Positions 62,645 through 64,000 of a DNA stretch of 64,000 bases are shown here, one piece after another. Within the stretch, counting starts at the first letter, position 1; each line of letters opens with the position of its first letter. The notes under the pieces were generated by a model, which did not search any database, had not been told where the DNA came from, and saw only the letters and a list, made by a program, of their open reading frames with translations. The translations under genes were made by a program, and so were the position numbers. The stretch covers positions 1,915 through 65,914 of the forward strand of contig JBMHCY010000003.1 of assembly GCA_049889655.1 (NCBI GenBank), given 5' to 3'. The stretch is from Candidatus Puniceispirillales bacterium. GTDB lineage: Bacteria > Pseudomonadota > Alphaproteobacteria > Puniceispirillales > UBA1172.

Positions 62645-64000
62645 TATCCGAGGAAGCACCGGCCTTCAGCTGTGCCAGGACAGCAAAGGGAGAATCAGGA
62701 TTGATCCGAGGCTCACGGGGCGGGGCCGAACGCGGCGGCCGGGATTTGCCCCCGGCCTGCTTTTTCGGCCGTGACGACCGCCGGCTGGACTCGCGCTGTT
62801 CTTCGCCGGACTGGCCATCAGCCTGCCTGCGGGCAGGCTTGCGGCGCTGTTTTTCAGGACGGGCATAGATCACCAGCGGCGGCTTTTCCGCATCTTCTGC
62901 CGGTTTTTCATCAACCTTGAGATAACCGAGATCAATGAGGATCGCATCCATCTGCTCACGCGTGGCCCCGGCCAGCGACAGCATTTCCTCGCTGATCATG
63001 AACTGGCCTTCACGGGCAGCGGCACGCACCACCGCCGACAGCCGCTCAGCCATATCGACACGCATTACAAGGCTGCCGAGACGGCGATAGCCGGTGGCCA
63101 GCCAATAGGCATCACTGACCCCCTCCACATGATCAATGGCGACACGGCCTGCCGGAGGCGGCCCGTGTTCGGGGGCCTCGCCGGTATCGAGGCTGTAGAG
63201 AAGAGCCTTGGCGGTGATCTGGGCCGGTTTCAGCAGATCAGCCATGTAGATCATGTCCACACCGAGCCGAACCCCATGCTGGGCCAGTTGCCGCTTGCCA
63301 TCTTCATCAAGTTCACGCACCAGCGTGATGACCGCACGGGTCGGCAGCGTGCCAAGATTTTCATAGACCTGATAAGCGATGCCCCGCGCCGCACCGGTGA
63401 GCCCGTCACCGGTGAGCGCCACAGCCTTTTCAAGGACAGTTTTCGGCCATGATGCGGCAAAGGCGTTGAGCCTGTCCTGCACCGATTTGAGAGTATCGCC
63501 TTCCAGCAGATCACTGGCGCGCACCTCGGCCCGGGGCTGATAGAGATGATCCCCCTTCACCAGCCGCCCGATCACAGCTTCACGCCAGTGGATCATGCCA
63601 TTCTGATCCGGCTTGAAGGCTTCATCGGCAGAGGCAACAATCGCCCGGGCACGCTGGCTGATTTCATCACCGAGAGCCTTGCGGGCAGCGGCCAGAACCG
63701 GGCCCTTTTCATCGCTCTCGGAAATCTGCGGGGTGAACACGAAACCGTCGAGATGGCCGACCTCTTCACCTTCTACGAGAACTGTCCCGTCATTCTTGAT
63801 CACTGACATCAATACCGAATTTTCCTTCAACCGCTTTGAAAGCACTGCCGCCCTGCGATCAACGAATCGCTGTGTCAGCACCTGATTGAGACTATCTGAT
63901 ACCCTGTCCTCGATGGTTCTTGCAAGCCCCTGAAAGGTTTCCGCATCATCCAGCCAGCCCTGACGCTGGCTGATATAGCTCCAGGTGCGGATCGCCGACA
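62637..64000 (-). CDS. C-terminal part of a large helicase-related protein (Suv3-like, alphaproteobacterial), 5'-truncated by the window edge
   Basis: The frame stays open to nt 64000 and the tail is basic. The identification rests on recalled synteny (helicase, S4 protein, fdxA, carD, rpoH). No helicase motifs fall inside the window. Confidence 0.45.
   Translation of the reverse strand, partial: SAIRTWSYISQRQGWLDDAETFQGLARTIEDRVSDSLNQVLTQRFVDRRAAVLSKRLKENSVLMSVIKNDGTVLVEGEEVGHLDGFVFTPQISESDEKGPVLAAARKALGDEISQRARAIVASADEAFKPDQNGMIHWREAVIGRLVKGDHLYQPRAEVRASDLLEGDTLKSVQDRLNAFAASWPKTVLEKAVALTGDGLTGAARGIAYQVYENLGTLPTRAVITLVRELDEDGKRQLAQHGVRLGVDMIYMADLLKPAQITAKALLYSLDTGEAPEHGPPPAGRVAIDHVEGVSDAYWLATGYRRLGSLVMRVDMAERLSAVVRAAAREGQFMISEEMLSLAGATREQMDAILIDLGYLKVDEKPAEDAEKPPLVIYARPEKQRRKPARRQADGQSGEEQRESSRRSSRPKKQAGGKSRPPRSAPPREPRINPDSPFAVLAQLKAGASSDNG

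Overview
The window is about 60% GC and looks like the chromosomal core of an alphaproteobacterium. The evidence is synteny: NDUFA12-like/mlaD/DUF2155/aat/accCB/aroQ, fdxA-carD-rpoH, xseB-ispA-dxs-tlyA, and an RNase E with an acidic insert in its S1 domain. Coding density is very high. I place about 55 CDS, one tRNA and very few canonical terminators. I found no CRISPR array, transposase, integrase or recognisable defence system.

Most of the window is ordinary housekeeping: tyrS, prfB, PBP1A, rne, accBC, nrdJ, clpSA, fabI, aroC, dxs and rpoH.

The parts worth a second look are:
1. The first ~600 nt are only ~38-40% GC and stop 15 nt from the 3' end of a tRNA-Met(CAU). This is probably the edge of a genomic island.
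2. A BBOX-like 2OG dioxygenase is paired with an HD-domain diiron oxygenase. This matches the TmpA/TmpB pair for oxidative C-P cleavage of phosphonates.
3. These two genes sit at the end of a tight cysE, cysteine desulfurase, 2Fe-2S ferredoxin, CxxC-type mnmA string.
4. A one-carbon/quaternary-amine block holds soxBDAG convergent with a dimethylglycine-dehydrogenase-like gene and a non-pyrrolysine MttB-family methyltransferase. No corrinoid partner is present in the window.
5. umuDC is present, and its UmuD carries a ~50-aa basic, AT-hook-like N-terminal extension with no canonical alphaproteobacterial SOS box upstream.
6. Several candidate cis-elements are visible: tandem NrdR-like boxes before nrdJ, an AU hairpin that sequesters the SD in the carD leader, and a TTAA-N7-TTAA box before rpoH.

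I did not find a clearly new multi-gene system. The claims above are family-level calls and hypotheses from reading the sequence by eye, not from searches.
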